Program-made: the position numbers and the translations under genes
Notes under the pieces: generated by a model
Told to the model about the DNA's origin: nothing
Database searches by the model: none
Seen by the model: the letters and a program-made list of their open reading frames with translations, nothing else
DNA from: Trichomonas gallinae
Taxonomy: Eukaryota
Length of the DNA: 51,953 bases
Direction: 5' to 3'
Assembly (NCBI GenBank): GCA_008369845.1
Contig: MRSU01004998.1
Coordinates: 1 to 51,953, forward strand
Shown: in pieces, positions 30,369 to 41,900 of the stretch
How positions within the stretch are numbered: the first letter of the stretch is position 1
Layout of the letters: each line of letters starts with the position of its first letter

Positions 30369-30377
30369 GTCACTTTT
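30369..30377 (+). promoter_or_regulatory. Initiator (TCACT) within GTCACTTTT
   Basis: Inr-type motif about 13 nt before ATG 30383. Confidence 0.6.
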
Positions 30378-30382
30378 CCAAA

Positions 30383-31675
30383 ATGCAGATCGAGCTTGAA
30401 CTAGGTCCAGGCTCAGTAATTCGCGCACGCCTTGATTTTCGGAAAGAAAACACAGATTTCAATATTGCTTTCACTTCTCTTGATTCAAAAGAAGAGATCA
30501 TTAATGATAATTTTTTCCAGTTTAATACAGTCGAAGTTGACAACCAAAATCCACTTAGAATCTTCATTAAGGGCAAGGCAGCCAAAAGAACTTTTGTTTT
30601 TCAAGATTCTAGTGAGGTTTCTGAATTTTTCGAAATTTTACAGCAAAATGCACATTTAGACTTTCTTCCTGGAAAGGAAAGAGTATTTTCCATAAGTAGA
30701 AAGACGGCTCAACAAAATATAGTCAGAGATTATATCTCTGGTGGAATAAATATTGTAAAAAGCTTTGTTGGAACGCAGCAGCCAACACAGCAGGAGTTAA
30801 ATACTGATACAGAAACAGATGGAATCAAAAATGGCATCGTTTTTCCAGAATTGCCTGATGATTTCCAACCTGTTGCTTACACAAACGAATCCCAGCTTCG
30901 AAAAGTTAGTCATTTACTTTTACACCGCGAAGATATTGGTAAGATCTGGATTTCAAAGCTTCCGGCTGAAGGGACGATTCAAGATTATTCCAAATTGCTT
31001 GCTCAGTGGCAAGGAATCACACGTGGCCAGTGGGAACACTCATATGCCCTCAGAAAATACGTTGTGGATTCTGAAAGTCTCGTCATGTCGTCAAAAATTG
31101 CAGCGCCTCCTTATGATGCGATGATGTTTTCTGTTCTTATGTCTTTGTTCGCATTTCACTTCTTCCGTTTGGAACTGGAGCCACAATGCGGCGCATTTCT
31201 TGAGGCATTTGTCCGCGTCATCGCTGGAACAAAGGATGATGGAGCTGCAAGAGTTTTCTGGCCTTTCCTCCGCTTCCACACGCTATTTGTCGGCGAGAAG
31301 TCTGAGCTGAGGAAGTTTTCGACCTTCTCTGTGAAGAAGCAGCTTGAGAAGTTCTCCCCATCGACTGCGAAGATGATCGAAACGTTCGGGCTGAAGAACT
31401 TAGTCTTTGCAAAGGACCACGTGAAGTCACTGTTCACACGCGAAAGAGGTGGCGATGATCAGAACTTGATTCTCACTGCAATTATATGCTCCGATGACCC
31501 GCTGCGGTTCCTGGAGTCCATGGCCGCTGCATGCCTTGTTCTTCTGCAGTGCCGCCTGCAGCGCTGCGAAAACTTGGAGAGATTTGGAGCCCTATTTGAT
31601 GAGGTGGTTCCCAGTATTGATACACGTCTTCTGCTGCACAACGCAGAAATTATTTGTGATTATGTAAAAATGTAA
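30383..31675 (+). CDS. Degenerate TBC1D15/17 (Gyp7)-like Rab-GAP domain protein with PH-like N-terminus
   Basis: DYSKLLAQWQGITRGQWEHSYALRKY resembles the Y..LK.QW..I..EQ..R segment of TBC1D15/17. Downstream ARVFWPF and SLFTRE align with the TBC motifs FW.F and ..F.RE. Confidence 0.6.
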   Translation: MQIELELGPGSVIRARLDFRKENTDFNIAFTSLDSKEEIINDNFFQFNTVEVDNQNPLRIFIKGKAAKRTFVFQDSSEVSEFFEILQQNAHLDFLPGKERVFSISRKTAQQNIVRDYISGGINIVKSFVGTQQPTQQELNTDTETDGIKNGIVFPELPDDFQPVAYTNESQLRKVSHLLLHREDIGKIWISKLPAEGTIQDYSKLLAQWQGITRGQWEHSYALRKYVVDSESLVMSSKIAAPPYDAMMFSVLMSLFAFHFFRLELEPQCGAFLEAFVRVIAGTKDDGAARVFWPFLRFHTLFVGEKSELRKFSTFSVKKQLEKFSPSTAKMIETFGLKNLVFAKDHVKSLFTRERGGDDQNLILTAIICSDDPLRFLESMAAACLVLLQCRLQRCENLERFGALFDEVVPSIDTRLLLHNAEIICDYVKM

Positions 31676-31733
31676 TAAAAAGTGTCATGTAAATAATAAA
31701 TCTGACACGTATACCAAAATTCTTTACAAATCT

Positions 31734-32702
31734 ATGCTTGAGGGAGAAGAGGAGCACGGACTCCTCGCCGTGATGCTTGCCTCATCTCTCGAGCAGTGCA
31801 GCGTGAGATATGCGACAGGCACAAAAGTTTTCCCTCTTTTTCACACATCTGCGATGGCAGTGCATGTTCACGAAGGAATTGGCATAATTGATCCACTTAC
31901 ACAACTCGCTCCATCTTTCAATGAAGACAATGATGACTACGAAGAGCTATATGAGGTATGCGATGGCGAAATTCTTGAAGAAATAGATCAAATGGTTGTT
32001 GAAGATTCGATTTACGTGTTTAATCACATTAAACGCCTCGTATCGCAGTTATATGGGACTGAGGTATCACATATGGAGATAGCTTTTGGTCTAAAAGACT
32101 GTGGTGAAGAGATGCAGATTTATATAACGGATGTTTTATCTTGCAAATTAGTGAAATCACCGCTTTCAGAAATAGTAGCAAATGTTCCGGATGGTTTGGA
32201 TATGTTTGCTCAATTAATAACGATCTTATATTCTTGCAATTACTCAACAGATCATTGCTGGTCAGTTGACAGGTGCGATAATCCATCTGAAGTTACAGTT
32301 ACATTGGGTGTCACACTCAGATACTTCATTTTTCAGCTGTTTTACGATTGTAATGTGGAACTTCTTTTAAATTACTCGAAGAATTTCTACAGAGAGTTTT
32401 CCCCAGAGACTCTGCGGAAGACAGTCAGGTTTTGCCACGACTGCTACTATAAGTGGCAACTCGATGAGATGAAGTATAAGCAGCTCGGAAAGTACCACTA
32501 CCAGACAGCGCCAGCCACCAAAGCATGCAAAGAGAAGAGCACACTCAAGGCTGCAGCTAACCATGTCATCAAGCACAAGCCGAACCTCCGCGCATCAGTC
32601 GAGTTGTTCCATTCGAAGGCATACAACTTGAAGAACAACCCTGTTTACAACTCAAGGACCGAAGGCTTCAGCACTTCGTTGCTGGGCAAGAAGAAATATT
32701 AG
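31734..32702 (+). CDS. Hypothetical protein (322 aa) with possible Zn-binding cysteines
   Basis: Intact ORF with CWSVDRC...FCHDCY, acidic N-half and basic tail. Confidence 0.7.
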   Translation: MLEGEEEHGLLAVMLASSLEQCSVRYATGTKVFPLFHTSAMAVHVHEGIGIIDPLTQLAPSFNEDNDDYEELYEVCDGEILEEIDQMVVEDSIYVFNHIKRLVSQLYGTEVSHMEIAFGLKDCGEEMQIYITDVLSCKLVKSPLSEIVANVPDGLDMFAQLITILYSCNYSTDHCWSVDRCDNPSEVTVTLGVTLRYFIFQLFYDCNVELLLNYSKNFYREFSPETLRKTVRFCHDCYYKWQLDEMKYKQLGKYHYQTAPATKACKEKSTLKAAANHVIKHKPNLRASVELFHSKAYNLKNNPVYNSRTEGFSTSLLGKKKY

Positions 32703-32825
32703 CAATGTTTATATTATAATAAAGTTTTCCCATGTTTTGTAGTTTTATCAAATTTGATATTTTTAAATAAGAAATTCATGATGATTTGATATTTTAGATC
32801 AAAAGTGCCAAAATTTGAAGATTTT

Positions 32826-35800
32826 ATGTTGATTTTCGTCCTGCCTCTTCTGATACATTCATTTCAGAAGAGGTTGTCTTTTCCCGGATCATATAAAGTT
32901 CAGGATGGCAATGTTAAAACGCTGGATTTTGATGTAATGTTAGCAGAAACGAAATTCAATTCAAATAAAAATCTTCTTTACCAGCTAAATGACGCGGATA
33001 CATACTATATACGATCCAAATACATCAATAATCAACAATTACTCATAAAAAACGTTAAATCCGAATTAGCTTATTCATCAAACACATCATATGCGAGCCC
33101 TCCATATATCCATGGATTAGAAATTCGACAATGGTCTATGAATATATTAGAATTTTCCTTATTTAACGTAGTTTTCCCAAATTTGGATGTTTTCTCAGAT
33201 TCTTCTGATCTTTATTTCGAAATAATAACAACTAATTCAACAAAAAGAATCGAAAATCCGATTCTTCGTACATGTTTGATACCTTCTAAGGTTGGATATT
33301 TTTCTAGCTCGATCTTCGTGAATGCTACAGGAAAAATTATACAAATTCCAATTACATACAAGGTAACACAGTCAATACTTGGAAATTTCCAACAAAATTA
33401 CTTCTTTCGACAAAATTTCGATAATGTCATTAAGATTCGGTTTGAAGGACAGCCGATTATGTCAATTGTTTTTGATAATACGATTTTCGAATATGATTTT
33501 ACAACAATTTCACAATATAATATTAATTTAAAGATTCGGAAAGAATTGAGGGGAAAATTTATCACATTCATCACTATATACGTTCTAGATGAGTATTTTA
33601 TAGTTCCATTGACAATTTCAATCCTCGAAAGTTCTGTTTATCCATGTGAAGATTCTATTAATCTCATTTTCTCACATAACGACGAAAGCTCCATAGGCTC
33701 GATTTCTCTATTTAATGGCCTGAATGAAACAATCAACATTATAGATGCATCAATTAATCCAGGAAGCTTAGAATTAAGGGTTGATCTGAGGAAATTCTCA
33801 TTACCTGGTGGAGCAACTGATACAGTAGGGTTTATTATAGTTTACCAGGCTTTTTGGAAAGAGTTTTGTGGAAATATAATAGTAACAACTAATTCCAGAT
33901 ATCATTCTTTCAAGTGCCGAATTCAGCTATTCATCACAACACGCAATGGAACACTAAGTCTGATTCCACATCAAATCGAAGAGATAAGTAGCGGTTATCT
34001 TAGACAATATTCCATCAAAAGTTTTCTTTCTGAAAGCATTGTAATTTACGGATTTTCACCTACATCTGACATGTTTTGCATTCTCGAATTCGAACCGCTT
34101 GTAATGAACGCTTCAGGTACTTCTCCAAAGTTCATTATTGGCCTAGAAAATTCAATAGATGTGAAAGAAACATCTTCCGTCTCGATCATTGCTCACACAA
34201 ACCTGGGAGACTTCAAAATTTCAGCAGAGTTTATTATTCAGAATGTTACGATAAATCCAAACAAAATCAGCTTCGACAACGTGATTCTAGGTGCTGTTAA
34301 TTATTTTAATCTTACAATAACAAACCAAAATCATTTTAGTCTTCGAATTTACAAACTGGAAACGATATCTGCCATGGTTGAAGTTATTGGGAATTCAAAA
34401 ATACACTCCAAATCATCATCTTTAGTAAATTTCAAAATCATTTTCCATACACAAGTTAAATCAGTTGATGATCAGCTTAAAATATACACAAATTATGGTT
34501 CAATCAATTTAAATTTGAGTGCATGCATTAATCAAGGCAAACTCAATATTACGACCACACTTGAAGAGCAGCTGATGTTTGGAAATATTTATAGTGGTTC
34601 GATTATACTGCAAAATGAGCTTTATGATCCAATTCAAATAGAACAAGTTAACATAAATTATAAAGCTTTAAAAATCGCGATTACACCAAAATCATTAAAA
34701 TTTCATGAAATCATCTCGCTTGCTGATTTCTCTTTGACTTTTGACTCCACTGCCTTCCCAGATTTTTTTGCACTTTTGGATATGCGGAAATCCTATATAG
34801 ATAATGTAGGAGTCTGGGAAAATATGTTTACTGATGGCGTAAGGATTCAAATGATCATAAACCTAAAAATGGGTAACAATTTTTACTCAGCCACGTTCAT
34901 CCACAAGGTCAAAGCTTTGACATTGCCAAGAGTCTCATCAGAAATTACGAGTGCTTTGCCTAACACACCAGTGGTTCAATCATTTGTTGTCAAAAACTTC
35001 TTTGACATTCCTCTGCTTTACGAGTTTGAAGCTGAAATCCAAATGAACCATACTTTTACAGCCATTTTTCCAAAATCTCTACTAATTCGTCCTCATGGAA
35101 AGGAGAGATTGAACATTACATTCAACTCCATGAGCGAAGGGTTCTTTCACTATACAATTAACACAAGAACAAATTGCACACAGCCTGGAGCATTTAATGT
35201 AGATGTAACTGTAAAGAAGCCATATGTTATATTTGCGCCCAGAGCAATTCTTTTTGAAGGAGAGATAAAGCATTACTTCAAATGGATGGAATGCACAAAA
35301 ATGATGAATCAAGTAAATTCCACAGTAAAAATCAATCAGCCGAGATTATCTTCTACAGATCATATGAGCTTTTGGATAGAAAAAACAGTTTTGCAACCGT
35401 ATAAGTCTTATGATATTTGCTTTAACTTTTATGTCTATAAATATGACACTGTTATTCTCCAGAATGATTTGGTATTCACATTCAAAATTTATGATTCAAC
35501 TTACATGATACCACTCCGAATTAACATTGACAAGGTTTCTATCGCTATGGTTCATAACTTAATTAACAAAACATTGCAGTTTGCATCTATATTCGTAGTT
35601 GTAATACTATTGTTATTAATATTTATCAATTCTTGCAAGTATTTGATGCTCTATTTCAAAGTGAGGCGCAAATTGAAGCATCAAATTAAATCCAAAGCAT
35701 ATTATTCATCGAATAGATTGATCGATACAGAAACTGATGTAATCCATGAAATCCCCGAACCTCCAACATATTGGGGGTATTCTCCACATGAAAATGTTCA

Positions 35801-35864
35801 CAATGCCTCAGTTTACTCCATAGAAAAAATGGAGTCTTATATTAGCAATATAGATTGTTTTTAG
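32826..35864 (+). CDS. TMEM131-like type I membrane protein with tandem Ig-like (ASH-type) beta-sandwich domains, 1012 aa
   Basis: Signal peptide MLIFVLPLLIHS; repeated beta-rich units (INPNKISFDNVILG...LTITNQNHFSL, ISLFNGLNETINI, FVVKNFFDIPL, xTN-G turns); many N-x-S/T sites; a single TM segment FASIFVVVILLLLIFI followed by KVRRKLK. Confidence 0.7.
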   Translation: MLIFVLPLLIHSFQKRLSFPGSYKVQDGNVKTLDFDVMLAETKFNSNKNLLYQLNDADTYYIRSKYINNQQLLIKNVKSELAYSSNTSYASPPYIHGLEIRQWSMNILEFSLFNVVFPNLDVFSDSSDLYFEIITTNSTKRIENPILRTCLIPSKVGYFSSSIFVNATGKIIQIPITYKVTQSILGNFQQNYFFRQNFDNVIKIRFEGQPIMSIVFDNTIFEYDFTTISQYNINLKIRKELRGKFITFITIYVLDEYFIVPLTISILESSVYPCEDSINLIFSHNDESSIGSISLFNGLNETINIIDASINPGSLELRVDLRKFSLPGGATDTVGFIIVYQAFWKEFCGNIIVTTNSRYHSFKCRIQLFITTRNGTLSLIPHQIEEISSGYLRQYSIKSFLSESIVIYGFSPTSDMFCILEFEPLVMNASGTSPKFIIGLENSIDVKETSSVSIIAHTNLGDFKISAEFIIQNVTINPNKISFDNVILGAVNYFNLTITNQNHFSLRIYKLETISAMVEVIGNSKIHSKSSSLVNFKIIFHTQVKSVDDQLKIYTNYGSINLNLSACINQGKLNITTTLEEQLMFGNIYSGSIILQNELYDPIQIEQVNINYKALKIAITPKSLKFHEIISLADFSLTFDSTAFPDFFALLDMRKSYIDNVGVWENMFTDGVRIQMIINLKMGNNFYSATFIHKVKALTLPRVSSEITSALPNTPVVQSFVVKNFFDIPLLYEFEAEIQMNHTFTAIFPKSLLIRPHGKERLNITFNSMSEGFFHYTINTRTNCTQPGAFNVDVTVKKPYVIFAPRAILFEGEIKHYFKWMECTKMMNQVNSTVKINQPRLSSTDHMSFWIEKTVLQPYKSYDICFNFYVYKYDTVILQNDLVFTFKIYDSTYMIPLRINIDKVSIAMVHNLINKTLQFASIFVVVILLLLIFINSCKYLMLYFKVRRKLKHQIKSKAYYSSNRLIDTETDVIHEIPEPPTYWGYSPHENVHNASVYSIEKMESYISNIDCF

Positions 35865-35936
35865 ATTAAATTGTTTGTAATATTATTTCAAAAAATATTA
35901 TATTTATAATAAACAAAATAAAAATAAAATAAATAA

Positions 35937-38900
35937 TTATATGAGTTCTGCAAATTTCTTTTGCAGAAATTCATGCGAATAATGCTCTTTGATGACTTTT
36001 GATTCTAGGATAAGTCTACTCATTATCTTATCTTTTGATACTAGATTATCTTCTTCGATTCCAGCTTTGCTTGATTTCAGATTCTTTCCATGACCATCTT
36101 TTTTCTTTTTGACTGCTAACTTAGCATCTCGAGCAAACTTCGCATCTTGAATGATTTGCTTGCATTCTGAAGTTGAAGATGAAATGATGCTTGATAAATT
36201 GGTTCCTTTGATTGATTTTGTTTTATCCTCTAATTTCAAAAATTGCTCCATGGAAGCTATTACTCTATCTTCGGAGCCACCATTTTTGGCAATTAAATCT
36301 TGAATCGCAGTGATAGAACATTTCACTGAATCAACTATTGATGTACAAGTATTGACAATTTGATTAGGATCAACTTCCTTTGATGGATATTCTTTCAATT
36401 TTTTAATGTGAATTAACACGTTGCGAGTAATCATATTAGATATATAAGCTAATTTTTCAGACCATGTCTTCGTTTGACCTGGTTTTAGTTGAGATATACT
36501 ATCGAACACAGTGTTTAATTCATTGATAGCAGATTCGATAGATTTAATGGCAACCGTATATCTTTTGCTATGCTTCTTACGAAGTATTGCTTCATTTGAA
36601 TAGATAGCACAGCCTTCTTTGCATTTGGAATATAATTTCGTTGTCAGGTGCTTTATGCTATTTATATCATTAGTGGAACTGAAGGACTTGAGCAAGTTAT
36701 TTATATTTAAAACAATATCAACACAAATCGTTTGAATTTCTGATATCACAGGAAAATCTCCAAATATGAGTGCTAGCTCAAGAGATAATTTAATCAGTTT
36801 TCTTTCATGAATACAGAGCATATTAACTAAATTTGTGTTAATACTAGCTTTGAAAACTTTCAAGCAATCCTCATAGCATTTTGTAATCTTTTTCAGCTGA
36901 TCATCTAGTGTGATATCTGGCTTTGCTGCATCAGGAATATCAAAAAATATTGGAATATTTATGCTTGTTTCCTGGATTGAACTTTCGGAATAATTTTCAA
37001 TAGCTATTAGGGCTTCAAATAAAGCAAAAGATACTTTATCAAAAATTGAAATTGCATTATTTGTAGTTGGAATATGGCTTGTATTTGACATAGCATTTGT
37101 TGCCATTTTGAATACTGCACAAAGGTCACCAACTTGGCTTAATGAAAATTGTTTTGATTTATCCAAAATATCAGCAATTTGTTGATTAAATTGCTTGAAT
37201 TGACCAATAATGGCTTTAATATATAATTGATCGACTTTGTATTCGCATCGACATGATATTGCCGTTATTATTGTCTGGAAAGGCAAAAATAATAATTTGA
37301 CTAGCTCAAGTTTTGATGCCATATTCATAGAAATAGATTCAGCTGATAAATCAATTATTTCCTGCATTTTCTGGGCAACTCGAGGATATGTTCTCAATGA
37401 ACGATTTATTAATAAAGGCCGTGATAGAAGGACAGATAATTTATCCAATTGTATGGACAGCAATGCTGAACTGTTACATGCGCAGTGAGCAATATCATAA
37501 TAAAGATTGATATCATTCGATTTTGACAGCTGGATTCCTGCAGAAACCGATGCTATTGTGCGCGATATAAGAGATACAATGTCAGTTAATGTTTCAATCG
37601 CAGATTTTTCATCATTTAATTCAATGTTCAATTTTAATTTCATTGAATTGTCATGAAGTGGATTGAGCGTCTCTATGATAATATGTTTAGAGTCTTCAGA
37701 TGCTTTGAGATTTTTCAGCAAAGTAAATAATGAAATGAAATCTGATGAAATATATTTCTTCAAATTCTGAATACACTCTTGAATAATTGACCTAGATTTA
37801 TCTGTGAATTCCTGAGTTGTATATGCTTCAATAATGCTTTTTTCTGATGGTTCAACAATTTTATTCAACAGCGGATCTTGAAGAAGTCTAATTTCAATAG
37901 CAAATTTTGAGCTATCTGAATAGTTTTCTTTTGTTAGGGATGATAATAACTTCATTGCTAGAGTTTTTGGTGTCTGTTTTTCATTATTTAATCCAGATTG
38001 GACAATTTTTATGGATTCAAAGAGATTAATTAATGTCTGCTTGTATTGACATTTTTTAGAGTTATCAGTGCAGAAAATGATCAAATTTTTTGATCGAATT
38101 ATCATTTCATTCAAATCAATATTATTGAATTGATTTGTTCCAGATATTTGAGTAACAACTCGTGGCATTATTGTCATAATATCGTTGATGTCTTTGGTAA
38201 AGCCTATGTGATCGTTTGTAATGAGCATATTAATTTTATCGAATAGCTTATTCACATCATCTTTAAGAGAGTTCGAATCATTATCGTTAACAATTTTGGT
38301 TTTGATATCATTGGCAAATTTTTCAATTGTTTTAACAATCTCTTTTCGATCTTTGGTCAGTGTATTTGGTGATAATTTAGATGATGCAAGCAATTCATCA
38401 TTGATCCAGATATCATCATTTAATCTATCAATTATATCTTGAATGATGATTGAAATTCTTGTGATGTCAACTGAATTTACATTAACAAAATGCCGCATTA
38501 TGAATTCTGCATCTGGTATTAAGAATAAAAGATCAATCACACTTGTCTGCAGCTTCATGATATCTAATACTCTTAGATTTGTAATTAGATTCGAATTTTC
38601 GACTACGTTACTTGGGAACTGCATTTTCATGAATGTTAATATTTGTCTAAATTTGTATGAAAGGTGTAACCTGCTGTATTTTTGTTGATAATTCGCTCTA
38701 TTTTGCTCTGCCCTAATATATGAGTGTTTAAATATTTGAAGAGCTGCTTGCGGGTTTTCTTTGAGTTTACGCTTCTGTAAATCAACGATTGAATCTATTA
38801 TTTTATTTCTGATATGTATTTCACTTGAATTCTGTTTAATGCACTGCATAAGAGCTTTTTCATCTATATAATTAAGTATATTTATTAAATCAGATATTAA

Positions 38901-41900
38901 AAATTGTTGAAGCAGAAGATTGTATTGATCAAACTGTGATAACTCATGTTTCAGCATATTTGGATTGTTGATAAATAAAATCTGTATTTTTAGAGAATTT
39001 TGTAGTTTGTTTATCTCAATTATCTTCACAAAACTGAGAATTGTCTTAATTGGAACATTCTTTAAGAGATCTGGCACAATTCCATATCTTTGTATTTCCA
39101 AAGTAGAGAGCATATTTTGAATATATTTAATATTGTATGATATTCTTTCTTTATCAATTTGATCACTTTTCTTTAAAAATTTGAATGATTGTGGCGGATG
39201 TGAAATGATTCCTAAATCAGGTAAGAGCTGGTATAAACATATTTTGTCCAAAATATCAGATTGTGAAATAATTTCAAGCAGTTCTCCTCTATTCTCAGCA
39301 ATTTGTTTTGTTTGGATTAAATCATAATTTAATAATGAAACTAGTTTAAGTCTTTCAGAATTATTGATTGTTGATATGAAGGTTTCAAAGTTGTTTGAAG
39401 ATCCATAAATTTTTTGATGAATTAATGATAAAGTATCAATGCAAGAAGCGATTTCTTGAATTGTCAAAGAATTTCTGGTTGGTTGATTTATGTCTGATAA
39501 AGTCGATGATAATGTGATGAAATCGAAAAAGATTTCATTTGATCGCCTAAAAAGATAGCTAGATATTTTCATGTATGTAGCTGATGTGTATACTGATAAA
39601 TCATTCTTGGATTCAATTCTGTTAAGTATTTCAGGATTAGTACTCAAAATTCCATGTGCATATTTTATCAGGAGATTCTCATATGTAATTTTTGGATTGT
39701 TCATTTCAAAATGCGTAGTTAATAAAATTGAAATTAATGAATTCAAAATAAGTTGCTGATTTGTAAGTCTATATTTATCAATTTGAATAATTGTTCTAGA
39801 TAATTTTTCAGCGTTTTCGCAAAATTGAAGCTGTGTAACTATCGATTCTATTTCCGATAATAATGATGATTTTGAAACATCAGATACATCTGATATTTCA
39901 ACATTACATAGAATTCTTTGTGAAAGCTTTATGTTTTGAAGGCGCTGAACCAATCCAATTTTCAAAATGTTGTTCATTACAATTTTATGCAATAAATGAA
40001 TATTTTCACTGGATATCAAAACGCTATTTATATGGCTATTTTCTAAAATATGATTTAATATAGAAGCTTGTGAAGCATCAATTGTTGCATCTAATATAAT
40101 GTTGTCGTAATTACAGACCAAAAACTCTATAGTTGAATTCAAATATCTGATTTGTTCGCATTTATCTTTTTCAGTGATTTCGTTAAGATAATTCATTAAT
40201 ATTTGATGTGAGCTGATATTACTGATTTCATAATCAATCATTTTACGGATTGAAAATAAATTGTGCTCCGATCTTTCATTTATTATACTGGTGAAACACA
40301 ATAGTAGCTGATAGAGTGCAATTATGTTGACAGATAGTTGTGAAAGAATTACAGATTTATGAATTATTTTTTGAATATCAATCGAAGTAAAGCTTGTTAT
40401 ATGATTTTGCGGATTAGAAAGAATGATTATACTTTTCTCAAACACACTTTGCTGGAATTTAATGAAATGATTCTCAACATCTTTCTTTGGTAGCATTGAA
40501 GCAGTTATTTGATTTGATATAAAAATTAATATTAAATTTTGTATTTGCATTTGGTTTGAGTCCAATTGGCTCAATATGTTCTGCTGATTTTCACTATCAA
40601 CCTGTTTAAGGATGCGATCAAGTGCATCATTAATATATTCATATGAAATATTAATGTGGTTTGAAAAACTCTGAAATATATTCAAATGTTGTGCCAATGT
40701 TTGTTTCATTCTTTGAACTGCAAATACATGATATAATTCAATAGAATGATGAAATATCATTTGCTGCGCAAACACACCAGCATCAGTTAAGCTTTTATGG
40801 ATTTGATCTAATGGAAGATACTCAACTGTCCGAATGAATTGCTTTGGAACACGTAATTCTGAAAAATCAGTATTTTGCTCATTTACTTGGGATTGAAATT
40901 GATTCATTTCATTAGCTATATTTTCTGATGTTTGCAAAATTGCTTGGGATCTGGAATTGATTTTGCTTGTTAACATTTTAGTGTCATTGTATTGATATGT
41001 AAATGAGTTCTGCACTACTATATCCTTATTCAATGGAGCGCAATCATTTAATAATTCTAATATTGCTTTTATTAGGTTATCCAAAGTTTGTTTATCGTTG
41101 ATAAAGTCATTGTGCAAATCTTTAATCATGTCGTTACAAATTTTGGCTTTCTTGTTCAGATTTGTATTTGGATATTGTTTTGAAATTGATTGTATATTAC
41201 CTAGCAAGGCAAATACTGGTGCAAATTCGAAAGAGCTTGAAGGATTTCTACGCAAATGATTTAAAATCGCAATAGATTTAATCGCATTAACCTCATTGAA
41301 ATCAAGATCATACCCACTTAAGAATCTAAGTACTGGATCCATAGCAGATAGATGTTTGCATAACTGTTGGAATGGCTCAATATGTTCTGCTGATTTAAAT
41401 ATTTCAGGCATTATATCTTCCTTCATTCTTAGAAGGTCATTTGCTGCATTACATATAGTCTTCATTTCAAATGAAATCATTCTTTTCATATTATTAAGGA
41501 TAGAAAACCATGTATCTTGAAATTCTTGAAGTTTGGATATGATTGGATCATTGTTGTTAATATATTGATGCAATTCTTCGAACTGTTGAATAAATTTTGC
41601 GATATACCAGAAGAAATACTCATAAATACCAAAATTGCATTCTTCAAAAATCACTAATAGTTTTTGAGCTGTGGTTACTACTTCTTCATTGGAATTATCG
41701 CTGATTTTATCTTTCAAAATAGTAGATATAGATTTCATAATTTGGAACATAACAGGATATACAAGAGAAAATGATGAAATTGAATAACAATTTTGAAGCA
41801 TATTTAATATTTCATCATTAATCTTCAGAATTGGAATAATTTCCATAACTTTTTTGATAACTACATTTGCAATTCTAATTAAATATTCTTCTAATTTTAA

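Noticed and set aside
32826..36000. Idea that the Ig-like membrane protein is the receptor for the adjacent talin-like protein (tail-to-tail, 72-bp gap)
   Set aside because: No NPxY motif in its cytoplasmic tail, it looks TMEM131-like, and tight convergent spacing occurs elsewhere in this window.
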